Assembly: GCF_001194135.2 (NCBI RefSeq)
Contig: NC_068983.1
Coordinates: forward strand, 167,494,752 to 167,554,034
Direction of reading: 5' to 3'
DNA length: 59,283 nt
From: Octopus bimaculoides
Taxonomy: Eukaryota
Shown here: positions 10,779-24,024 of the stretch, piece after piece
Layout of the letters: the number at the start of each line of letters is the position of its first letter
Position numbering within the stretch: the first letter of the stretch is position 1
Notes under the pieces: model-generated
Databases searched by the model: none
Seen by the model: only the letters and a program-made list of their open reading frames with translations
What the model was told of the DNA's origin: nothing
Position numbers and translations under genes: made by a program

Positions 10779-10796
10779 AAACTGAGAAGCATTGAA

Positions 10797-10797
<1 letters not shown>

Positions 10798-10828
<31 letters not shown>

Positions 10829-10976
10829 GATTATTATTATGATTATATTACAATTCTATAGACGATCCCCTTTCTAAGTAAACACTTTTGTTATATACAT
10901 TCACACACACACACATACATTCACACACACATGCACATACACTTACACAGGTATATGTACACGTACATATGTGTGC

Positions 10977-11016
<40 letters not shown>

Positions 11017-11260
11017 NNNNNNNNNNATATATATATATATATATATACATATACATATGTATGTATATGTATGTATGTAAAAATGTGTATGTATATATAT
11101 ATATATGCCATGTATATAAACATATATTTCTATATAAAATTAATGTATACAAGTATACGCACACACACACACGCACACACATATATGTATATAAATGAAT
11201 ATATACATGTACATACAGATAAATGTGTGAACATCTATACATGTAATACACATAACTCTG
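10798..11260. repeat. (ATT)n, (CA)n, (TA)n and (TATG)n microsatellite block immediately 3' of the desaturase
   Basis: Directly visible; includes gap 11017..11026. Confidence 0.9.
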
Positions 11261-11886
11261 TGTCAAAGACTAACATGTATCGAAATAGAAAATTTCTGAA
11301 ATTAATTAATTAAGATAAAAAAAAAAAAGATTACATGCAAAAAAATTCTAATTTCAAATCAGGGAAATGTGATCGACAATGAATATATCGTGAATGACAT
11401 GTAAGTCTGGGAAAGAAAAACAAAAAAAAAAAAAGGAAAAAACACCCAGATGGGGGGGGGGAGTGAAAGTTAAAAAAACAAAAAAAACGAGAGATTCTAC
11501 CATCAAGATGCAGCTAACCAACAGATGCGTACCTGGTCAAGAAGGAAGACGGGAGGATCGAGAGGTAAACTGACCACAGGAAAAAAAAAATGAATTAAAA
11601 TTTAAGACAAATATATAGATGTGTATGCATATATATGTATGTGTGTTTGTGTGTGTATATGCATATGCATTCATGCATACATACATATATAGTGTATATA
11701 CATGCGTACATTTATATATATATAAAGTGTATACACACACATATATATGTATATATAAAATATATATAAATACACTCGCACACATATATATTTCTCTCTC
11801 AGTGTATTTATGTATATACATATACATACAAATATATATATTATATAAGGTGTGTGTTTTTATGCATGTATGTATGTATATGCGTG

Positions 11887-11921
<35 letters not shown>

Positions 11922-12874
11922 ATTCGGGAACAAAATTTATCTTTAAACCCTTTTTTAATGAAATTCGACTTATTCATTCTTTTTGACTGTTAATTTTTAA
12001 TATATATATACATATATATATCTACACACACACACACACACATATATATATATNNNNNNNNNNNNNNNNNNNNNNNNNNNNNNNNNNNNNNNNNNNNNNN
12101 NNNNNNNNNNNNNNNNNNNNNNNNNNNNNNNNNNNNNNNNNNNNNNNNNNNNNNNNNNNNNNNNNNNNNNNNNNNNNNNNNNNNNNNNNNNNNNNNNNNN
12201 NNNNNNNNNNNNNNNNNNNNNNNNNNNNNNNNNNNNNTATATATAAATCGTTTGTAGAAATGCATAAATCCGGAGAAGCACATGCATTCATGCATGTATG
12301 TGTGCGCGCGCGCATAACATTTTCGGAAACAATATGTAATTATTCGAAGCTAAAGAAAATTTCCATTTTCAAATGCTTTTTACCAATTTCGAATTTTTAT
12401 TTCTTTTTAATTCTTAATTGAAACATTTTTGCTATACATATTTCGTATGTGTACATGTGCGTGTATTTGAACACTTTGAGAATGTGTGCGTGTGTGTATG
12501 TGTGTGTGTGTGTGTGTGTGTGTTCCTTTATTTTTAGGTTATTTTAACCATCACGTCATCAGCGTAGAAGCCCTGGATTACCAATTTCCTTTTACTCAGT
12601 TATCAATTTTCAAAGAATTTCATTTGTTGTTGATGGCAGAATTAAGTAATTAAGAAAGAAAAAGAGAAAAGAAAAAAAGCATGCTGCCGCCCGAGGTCAG
12701 TTTTGCATTTCATTCTTCTAGGGTCGTGAAATAAGAACCAGATCATCACCAGGGGTCAATGGAATTGACAAGCCCCCTCCCGCCAAATTTCTGTCTTTCT
12801 GCCTAAAGTAGTAAGGATTATGCTAATAAGAGGGATCATCATCATCATCATCATCAACGATACAATAATAGGAT

Positions 12875-13205
12875 TAAAATGCTTTCGTGTTTAATTTCGA
12901 CTCTATATTCTTAGTTCAAATCCTATGAGACTGACACTGGCATTCATCCTTTCGGGGTCGATAAATAAAGTACCATTCGAATAGTGGAGTCGACGTAATC
13001 GACTATCTCCTTCCCCTGAAATTGCTGGCCTTGTGCCAAAAATTTGAAATCTTTTTTATTGGCGAGCTGGCAGAATCATTATAGCGTCTTCTCGACGTTC
13101 TGAGTTTAAATCCCCACGAGGTCAACTTTTACCCATTTGAGAGCGAGAAAATGAAGTACCAGTTAACTACTGGAGTCGATGCTGGCTTTGTGCTGAAGCT
13201 GGAAA
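12875..13205 (+). mobile_element. Two adjacent tRNA-derived SINE family B copies
   Basis: A-box-like ggcgagctggcagaatc, B-box-like gttcaaatcc, core catcctttcggggtcgataaa, tail ttgctggccttgtgcc. Confidence 0.7.
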
Positions 13206-13688
13206 CAATTATGCTATTACCCTTCGTTCTTTCTCTATTATATACACAACCATTCTTAAAGAAATCTAAACCCATGGCGTGAAGAAGAGTGTGAAACGGA
13301 GTCAGTGGTAAATTTGAAGGTTTTTCACTAAGAATAGTTTGGAATAATTTCGTTTTAAATGTACGTCAGTGTTCTGAGTACATAGCAACTGACACAGAGT
13401 AACGAAATTATAAGTCATTGATCAAGATTACTCCATCGATTGCAGTCGAAACATAGTCGATGTAAGGGAATTAGACGTTTAATGAAAAATAAAAAAATAA
13501 AAAATGCTACGATATTTGTATGATAGATCGCAGTGATCTATAATTATACATACATACGTGTATATGTATGTATGTATGCAATACATGTACATGTATATAT
13601 TTTACATATATATAAGTATAATTATATAATTAAATACTTGCACATAGATGTATAATATATGTACCCAGCCATAACAATCAACTTCCTA

Positions 13689-13748
<60 letters not shown>

Positions 13749-14881
13749 CACACATTACATGCAAATACATACATACATATATGCATGCATACATATATAC
13801 ATACATGCATACATACATGCATACATGCATACATACATATATGCATGCATACACACATACATTACATTACATGCTTTACTTAGCACAATGGCACTCTATA
13901 CCAATAAGATCAAGCTAGTACAGTACAAAGTTACAATAATCTATAAAAACGTTTTCAGTGTGCAGTCTACGATGGTTGTAAGCGATGCTATGTAAGGCGG
14001 TGGTAGCCAGGAATAGTGTTAGAGTCTTATAATAGCAATACCTATCGAGGTAGCTACTCAGCACTATGCATTCGTTAATGAATCCTGTTTTGTCCATATG
14101 GTGTTTGGTAAATATATCAGTAATGTCACAAACAATGAAATACCTCTCAATATGATATGGTCCCTTTGATAATGGTTATTTTTGTTTAAAAATGAATAAA
14201 CGATCATGAACATGGTTTAAGAAAACGGAATGAAGAAATGGAATAGGGCAGGGAAAGACAAAAGCGAGAGGAATAAAAGAAAAAGGGAAACGAAACAGAA
14301 GTTCGAGAAGGAGATGTGATGTAGGTTAAGAGAAAGATGTAAAAAAGAAATATGGTAAACCAGAAGAAAACGGAGAATAGAAAGAAGGATAAATATATGA
14401 GTTTTATTAATGAAAAGGTAAAAATAGCAATGATTTGTCTCGTTAGATTCCTTCATTCATTTGTACTGATGAGAGAATGCGACAATGCGAAAAGACATTT
14501 GGCACAATCTCTGTCAGACACACATTTAATTAGATAAAAACACGTGGATGGCGCCACATGTAAGCGTCCGCATTTGTGGACGTGGGCACCTTTGTGTGTG
14601 AGTGTGTGTGTGTGTGCGTGATAACGTAACCTTTTCTTCCACATCAATTCTTCTATCGAGAGATAGATTTATTTATTTATCGATTTATTTATTTATTTAT
14701 ATCATTTATAAGCGCTCTCGTGCGTTCTAACCCAAGCTCCGTCTTCACTCATAAAGAGATACATTTTACAGCATCCGTCCTGTTCAGACGTATATCGATG
14801 ATCTTATTGAAATGAATGGATAAATCGGGTTCCACTCACCAAGATGAAAACAAAATAAATAACCACCACCACCACCACTAC

Positions 14882-15074
14882 GGTACTACTAAAGCAGCAC
14901 GGTCCCGAACGCGCAGTCGCGCGTCCGCGCTAGCTAGTCGTGAGTGGTCGATCCTAACCCTAACCCTAAACACGTATTCATTTGCACACGCGGGTTAGGG
15001 TTTGGGTTAGGATCGACCACTCGCGACTAGCTAGCGCGACTGCGCGTTCGGGACCGTGCTGCTTTATTAGTACC
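14882..15074. mobile_element. GC-rich fold-back (MITE-like) element with internal telomeric hexamers
   Basis: Arms ggtactactaaagcagcacggtcccgaacgcgcagtcgcg...gatcctaaccctaaccc and gggttagggtttgggttaggatc...gtgctgctttattagtacc are reverse complements (8-nt indel, few mismatches) around a ~25-nt loop. Confidence 0.8.
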
Positions 15075-15081
15075 CACCACC

Positions 15082-15122
<41 letters not shown>

Positions 15123-16689
15123 GTTGGGGATAGAGAGATAGGAAAAGCAAAGAGAGATGTAGTGCAGGTATGAAAGGAAACGAGTAGTGTGTGTGTGTCT
15201 CTTTCGCTTCCCATTGAAGGTACGTGCCATTCAACAGCTGCAGGCTTATCAAAGAATAACAATGTTCAATCGAATTGTTTACCTAATTTTCTTGTCTAGT
15301 TCACTCGTCCTTTCTCTCACTCTCCTTGCTCTTCCTTGTAGTAGACATGTACACCATACGAATCCGTTCGACCGGAGAGCCAAGAAAGCGAAAGTGAAAG
15401 GGAACATTTTAAAAATTAACTGAAGACAAAAAGTTGATAAATGGGTTCTAAAAAGAAATGCATGTTATTTATGTCTCAAGTTACGTTAGATTATAAAATA
15501 GAATATTTGAAATCAAAGCGTCCATCATGTGCGTGTTTGCATGGTCGTGGACCTGCAATAGGAATGGAGGTATGTAATGGACATCTGGGTGCAAAAGTGC
15601 GCCAATTTATAAACTCGTGTTTTCCGTGTGTGTGAGCTCATATCTTTTCGTCTTAAGAATTGACATTCTAACGCTGTAAAACATTGGTTTATTTAAACTG
15701 TTTTAATATTTACAAGGAAACTACGACGGCCGTATATTGGGTCGTTTACGATTCCATTCGTTATAATATTAGCTATTACATACAGAGTTGTCTTAATTAA
15801 GGAACGGATGGAGCGAGATTCGTGTTCTAAAAATAAAAATGGTGGGGGCAGGGATTGCATTCCTTAATTGGAATGATAATGGAACGCCATTCCTACCTGA
15901 GTATAGGCCCCTTTTGTGTATATAGATATGGCTGGGACGTTTAGATGTACGTGATAGGTTGAAAGTACAGAAAAAACGAAAACTTCAGAATAGGTTTAGG
16001 GTCTCCCAATGGCAGAGAGAAACGTTTTTTGGAAGGAATAAAAGACCTACTAAAAGGAGTATGAAACTTATAGAACATAATATTTCTTTGATAAAATCAA
16101 CGTTATTCACGGTTGGGTAAGTGGGTTGTAACCATAACTTAGCAAACAGGGGATTATAATTATGACTGCTTGACTTTGAGAACATTCCAGGTGTCCAAAG
16201 AGTCACAAGACCACTCTGTGAGACCAACAGTTTTGGGATTAAGTTTATCAAAATGGTCAGCCTTGTATCTGATTTGTATGTATGTCATTGTTCAGTTTTA
16301 TTTCAAGATTTCTTGCCAATAGAGAAAGAGCTGATTTCTAACCTAGATCCAAGGCTCCTTCAGCATCAACAACAGCATATTTTTGTTTGTATGTATATGT
16401 ATATATATATATATGTACAAATTTGTATATTTTGCTTTATGTCTGTATTCTCTTCTTCCTGATGGTAAAATAATTTATTTCACTTTGTGGTGCATAAAAG
16501 CAGGATATAATGGTGAGTGCTTTTATGCACCATGAGCCCTCGTGAGATCCTCTCGGGTAAATAATACAGTATTCTGTGTTCTAACACAACCTCAATGTTA
16601 AGTTGGAGATCAAAATTGCCTTTTAATATCGATACTGTTTCTGTTTTTATTAATTAGACATACATACATAGATATGTGGGTCAATGGGT

Positions 16690-16925
16690 GTGTGTGTATG
16701 TGTGTTACTGTCTTGTCTTCACATCACATGACAGTTGTAAATGAGCATCACTGTCATAAAAATGGTGTCATTTGTTTTCAATCTTTCATGAAAACATGTC
16801 AAACCACAAGAAAATATTACTTTATATAGAAATTGGTGAGGGTTGCTGTAGAAAAATCTGCCTCAGCAAATTCCATCAAACCCATGCAAACATGGAAAGA
16901 TGGACATAAAGCAATGATGATGATG
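16690..16925 (+). repeat. Partial SINE family C copy with RTE-like 3' end and (GAT)n tail
   Basis: Ends acccatgcaaacatggaaagatggacataaagcaatgatgatgatg. Confidence 0.6.
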
Positions 16926-17764
16926 GATGTAATTCCAATTTTTAACAACAGATTTTGCAAATGTTGATTTGGATGTTTGTAAGTCAGACATTCATAGTTC
17001 CAGAAATGCCTGTAGCAGTCAAACGCTAGAGTTGGTTCAATCACAGATATTTCTCTCTCAGAATATGTGCCAAAGTTAGAAATCATGATATTGATATTAC
17101 TAAATGAAATTTTAGGCTGGTAAGTTGGAGAGAAAAGTCAGTAGAATACCAGAAAAGAGATGTCTTACTATATTTAGCTAAATTCTTTTACATTCTGATC
17201 TTAAGTCCCACCAAAGGATGTTGACTTTGTGATAAAAATGGTCGTGCCATTTTGGTAATGTTTCAGTCAATCAGTCAGTTACTCTGCATTTTATGCCAAA
17301 TGTGGCCTTGTGTCTTGTCAATTAAAAATAAGAGGGACTTTCTTTGAGAACAAAATCAATTTCTTAAGATTTCACTTAGTAATCCCTGTAATAAGCAACA
17401 TCACATTCTGCTTGACTTTCTTCTACACAACTAAAGCTTTATAATTGAATGATGACAACAATGATGATGATGATGACCATCATCATCATCATCATCATTG
17501 TTGTCGTCCTCGTTGACATAATTATTCATTGCATTAAATATTTTACTAAACATGGAAAAATTCAAAGCAAAGATATTGACCATGGTGGAATTTGAACCCA
17601 AAACATAAAAAGATACAACCAAACATTGTAAGGCATTCTTTTTTTTTTGTTTTCTTTTGCAGTAGTGGCAAGCAAAATACATTGTGGTATTTATATTTGG
17701 AATTTTAGTTTGTATGTTCAAATCCAGCCTCGGTCAATCTAGGCTTCAATCTTTTTACCTATTA

Positions 17765-17981
17765 TTTTGATCCTTTCTACTAAAGGCAGAAGGCCTGAAA
17801 TTGTGGGGGAGGGGACCAGTCGATTACATCGACCCAGTGTTTCACTGGTACTTAATCTATCAATCCCGAAAGGATGAAAGGCAAAGTGAACCTCGGCAGA
17901 TGTTGAACTCAGAACATAAAGACAGACAAAATGCTGCTAAGTATTACACCTGGCAAGCTAACGATTCTGCCAGCTGACCAC
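17765..17981 (-). mobile_element. Full-length SINE family B copy
   Basis: Reverse complement of the family B head, core and tail. Confidence 0.75.
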
Positions 17982-18127
17982 CTTAGACTTAATGGAGTTC
18001 TGTTTACACCCTTAAAAGGTGATTGCCACGGAACACCTTTTATCAAATATTTGCTTGGTCAATGTTTAATGCTTTAACCACCCAGCTCTCTCTGAAATAT
18101 TTAATTTCATTAACATTATCATGAAAG

Positions 18128-18331
18128 CAGAGAGTTGAGAGAATTGTTAACGTGCCAGGCAAAATGCTTAGCAACACTTTGTCTTTATGCTCTGCATTCA
18201 AATTCTGTTGTGGTCAACTTTGTCTTCAATCCTTTCAGGGTTGATAAAATAAGGACCAGTTGAGCACTGAGATCGATATAATCGACATACACCCCAAAAT
18301 TGCTGGCCTTGTGCCAAAATTGAAAACCAGT
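18128..18331 (+). mobile_element. SINE family B copy, CpG-decayed
   Basis: Core reads cctttcagggttgataaa; tail ttgctggccttgtgccaaaattgaaaacc. Confidence 0.7.
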
Positions 18332-19181
18332 GTTAATATTATTATGTGCCCGGAATTGGAAGAAACGATAGAATACAGTGCTGAATTTTTGTTACACTTT
18401 TTACATACACCAAGTTCAAATCCCAGCAGAGTTAATTTCCTTTCCTTTCTTCCAAGGTGATTAAAATATGTTAGAGTTTTACACTGATATTTATTCAGTT
18501 AACTTCATCCTCCCTTTGTTGTTAAAATTTGTGGCTGTGTACTAACATAAGAGAACGATAATAAATGTATTGTCGTCCATAATTGTTACAGTGATGAATA
18601 TGACAGCAAGCTGCTCTCATATTGTAAAGAATGACATCAGTTGATGAGGAACCCCACCCCCCCTTGTGCTGTAACGACCTCTCTTGTCAGTGGAATCTTT
18701 ATGGAAATGATTTATCAGTGTTGTTGGCTGATTGTATTAACATTACCTGACATTTGTTGTTATAACAATTCTGCAATTCTACACTGCTCAGCTGGTGGCC
18801 TATATTTTAAGGCTTACGGTTTGTTTACATATCATGCAATGTATATCCGTGTGCATAATCTACACACTTGTGTACATACATATGTATATATATATATGCA
18901 TGCATGTGTGTATGTATATATATGTATTTATTTTTTTATTTTACATTACTCCGGTTCACTCATCTGTAGAAATGAGTTGCAATGTCACTGGTGCCAAGCT
19001 ATATCTGCCTTTGCCTTTCCTTTGAATAATATCAGATGCACGTAGAGGGGAGGCTGGGAGGCATGGGCGATTGCTAGTCTTCCATAAACAACCTTGCCTG
19101 GACTTGTGCCTTGGAGGGGAACTTTCTAGGTGCAATCACATGGTCATTCATGACCAAAGAGGTCTTTACCCTTTATAGATG

Positions 19182-19229
<48 letters not shown>

Positions 19230-19457
19230 TAGATGTGTGTGTATGTATAATCAGCAACAGAGGACCAAGGACTGAATCATATTCCATTTGGATAAGTCAA
19301 TGTATATATTTTCACCTCTCACTCTGTCTGTTTCACCCTGTGTGTGTGTATGTGTGTAATTATTGCAATTATTATTTTGATTATAGAATATAAATTCATA
19401 TAATTATTAACTATCACTAGTATTGTTGTGGTCATTATTATTATTATTATTATTATT

Positions 19458-19561
19458 CAGTAGTTTTATTTTTATAGCGTGCTTTCACTTCACTACCGAG
19501 CGCAGCTCTGTGTGCCTTGGGTTATGTGCTGTGGTTTGCTGTAATACTCTCATGGTTACTA
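19458..19561 (-). mobile_element. 3' end of an R4/Dong-like RLE LINE embedded in (TTA)n
   Basis: Matches the 3' UTR of 36745..37215; flanked by (TTA)n at 19435..19457 and 19563..19607. Confidence 0.7.
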
Positions 19562-19609
<48 letters not shown>

Positions 19610-19914
19610 TTATATAGTACTGGGGGAAGAAATTACAAATGCATGCACACATAAACACATGAATGCTTATAAAAATGTATAAATGGAAACTTCAGTCATA
19701 TATATATATAAATTAAGCAGAAAATAGAGAAAATTTTCTCCATTTTCTGCTTAATTTAAATTTCATTCCTGATAAACTCTTCTTTATTTTGCTATTGCCT
19801 GTATCCCATGAGCATAATATACTTGCATATGTATGCCCAGGGTCATTTATACTGGTAGTAAAAACGTATATTCTTATCCCTTAGACAGTCATTCAAACCA
19901 CTAACTCTACTAAC

Positions 19915-19959
<45 letters not shown>

Positions 19960-20114
19960 GGGTGGGAGAATATACAAAAAATAACAACAGACGAGGACAG
20001 GTGGTGTAAATAACAAAAGTATATATTAGTATGACGCTNNNNNNNNNNTAGATGCGTTTTGCTCCATTTATTATTATTCTATATACATATGTGTGTGTGT
20101 GTGTGTGTATGCAT

Positions 20115-20250
20115 ATCATCATCATCAATTAATGTCTGTTTTCCATGCTGGCATGGGTTGGACGGTTTGACTGAGGTCTGGAAATCCAGCGGCTGCACAA
20201 GACTCCGGTCTGGTCTAGCAGAGTTTCTACAGCTGGATGCCCTTCCTAAC

Positions 20251-20254
<4 letters not shown>
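20115..20254 (-). repeat. Family A repeat, diverged short copy
   Basis: (CAT)n plus ccatgctggcatgggttggac...ggatgcccttcctaacgcc. Confidence 0.75.
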
Positions 20255-20287
<33 letters not shown>

Positions 20288-20397
20288 AGAGAGGGAGAGA
20301 GATTGGTGATATTACGAAGTATGTTGTTGTGTGTCTAGGAATAATTCTATCCATCTTTCGTGCCATACCTCAGCTGCTCTCTTCCTACTCTGTTTCC

Positions 20398-20498
20398 ATC
20401 ACTAGCATCATCATCATCGACATCATCACTAGCATCATCACTAGCACCATCATCACTAGCATCATCACTAGCACCATCACTAGCATCATCATCGACAT
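20398..20498. repeat. Minisatellite of actagcatc(atc) units derived from (CAT)n
   Basis: Repeated actagcatcatc / actagcaccatc units are visible. Confidence 0.8.
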
Positions 20499-21320
20499 CT
20501 CAGCTTCCCTTCAATTCCTTATGCAAGCACAAGAATTCATAAGAGATATGAAAGAAAGGAAACGTGATGATGTTTTTGTCTTATAAATTGATTTAAATCT
20601 GTTCAAATGATGATGGCAGTATTTTCTATGAAGAACAGGTGTAGAAGAATGCTAGAATGTCGTTCAGTCATTTGTGTTTATTATTATGAACTGACCAAAA
20701 AGTGATGAATTGACAGAATTGGAGAAAAAAAAGACTCCTTCTTCGCATTGGCAGCATTTCTTTCATCTCTTTAAGTTCTGAGTTCAAATCTCACCTTACA
20801 GGCTCAATAAAATTAAATACCAGTCAACGTGATGAACTAACCCAGTCTCCTCTTAAAATTACTCAGATGTTCTAAATATCTGGTTTCATTTTCCATGCTG
20901 TTTGTTAAAAGAAGAGGATGAAAACTGTTTAATCAGGAATGCTTAGTGCACATGCATAGAAACATATACTCTCTTTCTCTCTCTCTCTCTCGCACACGCA
21001 CACACACACACACACACACACGCCATACATATACACTCACATACACATACACAATTGTTGAAGTGAAGAGGAGCCCCTCTTCAGCCGATGGATCACCTGC
21101 CCCCCAATGTAGATGGTTGTTACCCAGCCCCACCACCATCTCCATACCTATTATTTTTTTTTATCTTCCACCAAATTCTCTCTGCTCTGAGTTCGAATCT
21201 CACCAGGAACTACTTTATTTTTCTTTCCTTCAGTTCATTACTATATTAGCAGTTAAATACTGAGGCTCTTTTCTCCTCCTTATCCTCTCTCTCTTCCACT
21301 CTCTCTCTCTCTCTCTCTCT

Positions 21321-21625
21321 ATCATCATCATCATCATCATCATCGTTTAACGTCCGCTTTCCATGCTAGCATGGGTTGGACGATTTGACTGAGGACTGGT
21401 GAACCAGGTGGCTACACCAGGCTCCAATCTGATTTGGTAGAGTTTCTACAGCTGGATGCCCTTCCTAACGCCAACCACTCCAAGAGTGTAGTGGGTGCTT
21501 TTACAGGCCACCGGCACGAAGGCCAGGCAGGTGGTACTGGCAACGGCCACGCTCAAAATGGTGTGTTTTACGTGCCACCTGCACAGGAGCCAGTCCAGCG
21601 GCACTGGCAACGATCTCGCTCAAAT
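21321..21625 (-). repeat. Family A repeat, young copy
   Basis: Near-identical to 4823..5014 and extends into the internal tandem units. Confidence 0.9.
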
Positions 21626-21639
21626 GTCCTTACATGTGC

Positions 21640-21670
<31 letters not shown>

Positions 21671-22824
21671 TGAATGAGCTATGCTAAAGGGGCCAGGAGA
21701 GGAGCATTCACATCATAGCCCTACTTATCCTGTTACCACCACCCACCACTACCATTTGCTTCAGTGGACTAAAAAAGAAAAAAAGACCAAATTCGTGAAT
21801 GTCTTTAAAGTAAGAGATGCCATAAGAGCCATGGAATAGTTATGTCTCTCAGTCTACCAATTTCATTTTGATTTATAAGAAGCACAGAATGCTAAGGTGT
21901 TGAAGCAGTAGACAGTATGTGGATGGGTCACTGGTTCATATCCTGTCATTGCTAGTGCATTGTGTCTCTGTTGAAGACATTTAGCCGTCAATGGTCATCA
22001 CTACTCAGCTCTCACCCGTGGCAGCCCTGGAATATTGACAAGTGTTTTTGGGACTTGAGATGCTGAGTTCAATTTCTTCTATGACAAACAAAAGCTAAGT
22101 TGGCTTTGTGTTTATTACTAACTAAACTCTTAGTTACAGTGAAAGAGTTTCTCAAATGAAGCAGGAATGAATTGTATATATTAATGTGTGTTAGATTTAC
22201 ATACTTCTACCCTGTATATTTGTCATCTTTTCTATTCTCTACGTATAAACATAATAGACTGGCATTTAATCATGCAACATGTCAAAGTTCACCTTATCGT
22301 GTACAATGTTTCCTGCTTATCCTGTTTCATCACCTACAAAAAAACTTGCATATACTGTGAGTACATACATACGATGTAAGTATGTACATATATACTATTG
22401 TTTAAAAGTTTAAATTATTTAGAGACATTACCTGCATTAAAAAAAAAAACAGTTAAGTTAGTATTAACATCTTTGATACAAGGAACATGCTATTAACAAC
22501 ATTCTCTCTCGATTAATTAGTTTCTTTTATATTTTTCTACAGAATGTTTATTTTTTTCCTGATTCTTCTACATTTTGTTGAATATATTTATTTCTGCCTT
22601 CCAGCATATTTAAGTCTTTCAATACATATGTACAGTATAAAAAAAAACATCCTTCACTATTTTTAACCTACACGACCTATGTGCAGTTTAGGAAGAGGTT
22701 TTGAGAGGGTTAATCAACCGTATTGTCACAAAAGTGAATCCTTAAGCTTGTCTTCAATGATATGTCACCAATAATAATAATAATGATAATAACAACAATA
22801 ATAATAATAATAAAAAATAAGCAG

Positions 22825-23085
22825 TTGTGGTCAATGAAAAAGGTGATAGTTGTGGCAATAATTGTCGGAGCTCTGGGAACAGTGAGTAAAAATCTTGAAA
22901 AGTACATGAAACAAATAGGGGTTGCAATAAGGGTGGAGCAAACAGCACTGCTTAGAACTGCTCAAATACTCCAGGTGGAGCTCGAAAAATAAGGGGGTGT
23001 TACCTTAGTTCACTGGTAGTGAACAGCTGGCACCATAGTACATCTCCACCATTAGAAGCTGTGCAGAGACAATAAATAAATAATA
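22825..23085 (+). mobile_element. 5'-truncated R4/Dong-like RLE LINE 3' end
   Basis: QLWSMKKVIVVAIIVGALGTVSKNLEKYMKQIG...TALLRTAQIL; preceded by an AAT-rich tract and followed by aataaataaataataa. Confidence 0.75.
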
Positions 23086-23449
23086 AGGATGTTATTAATT
23101 ATATCATTAATAATAATAATAATAATTCTTTCTACTATAGGGACAAGGTTTAAGCTGATACAGCATGGAATTACAAAGGTGTGCAGAAAAAGAGAAATAA
23201 CAAAAGAAAAAAAAAATCAAAAGTGAAGAAGACTTCCAAGAACTACTCCTGGAAATACGACAGATACCTAAGTCACCCTGACTGCCATGAAAAGTGCCCT
23301 CTCCTAGTTGTTCTTCACCTATCCAAAGGGGCAGACCCATTCATTCAAATCCTGCTCCTTACTCTCATTCTCCTTTCAAAGTCAGCTCTTCTCTCTCCAA
23401 TCTCATTTTCCTTTTCAACTGGAATAATAATAATTATAATAATAGTTTC

Positions 23450-23650
23450 TGATTTAGGCACAAGGCCAGCAATTTTTAAGGGAAAAGAGATCAATCAATA
23501 CCACGAACCTCTGTAGTTGAGTGGTACTTTATCTTATTGACCCTGGAGAGACAAAAGGCAAGGTTGACTTTGGCCGGATGTGAACTCAGGAAACAAAAAA
23601 TTAAAAGAAATACCATGAAGCATGTTGCCCACTGCTCTAAGGATTCTGTT
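23450..23650 (-). mobile_element. SINE family B copy
   Basis: ggcacaaggccagcaattt ... tggtacttt ... gtgaactcagg is the reverse complement of the family B consensus. Confidence 0.65.
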
Positions 23651-24024
23651 AATCCACCATTTTGTCACATCAAGAAGGACAGAATAGACTGTTGTATTGG
23701 GGAGGAAGAAGATTTCATTGGTTGAATGCTATACACAAACAACCATCTAGAATCATAAATACACTAATAATAATTTTAATAATAGTAATAATACTAATAA
23801 TAATAATAACAATAATTTATTAAGATTGATGTAACTCTTCACAAAGGTAAATACAAGAGCATGTTATGTAATTAAAATTAAAAAAAGAAACACAGATTGA
23901 CTTTGCTTCTTGAACAATAAGATGCATCCTTAAAATATTGTTCAATGAGCGAAATCCAATCTATGGTTTTTTTTTTTTTAAATTATATACCACATTGCTA
24001 ATTGTGTAATAATAATAAAGAAAG

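Larger units (their letters stand above)
7400..15900. promoter_or_regulatory. CpG-retaining (probably germline-unmethylated) domain containing the desaturase
   Basis: CG dinucleotides are visibly frequent here and scarce outside. SINE B copies inside keep cctttcggggtcgataaa, while copies outside show cctttcagggttgataaa. Boundaries are approximate. Confidence 0.55.

Noticed and set aside
12875-13205. tRNA genes suggested by A/B-box-like motifs
   Set aside because: No cloverleaf; the motifs are SINE heads followed by SINE core and tail.
14952-15012. Telomeric repeats as a chromosome end or fusion site
   Set aside because: Only 2-3 hexamers per side, embedded within longer inverted arms; better explained as part of a fold-back element.
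15980-16230. Possible RLE LINE remnant or first exon with GTAAGT at ~16117
   Set aside because: Similarity is too weak and frames too broken to support either call.
22200-22335. Minus-strand exon candidate with tttttttgtag acceptor and GTATGT donor
   Set aside because: Stops in all three frames and no other support.
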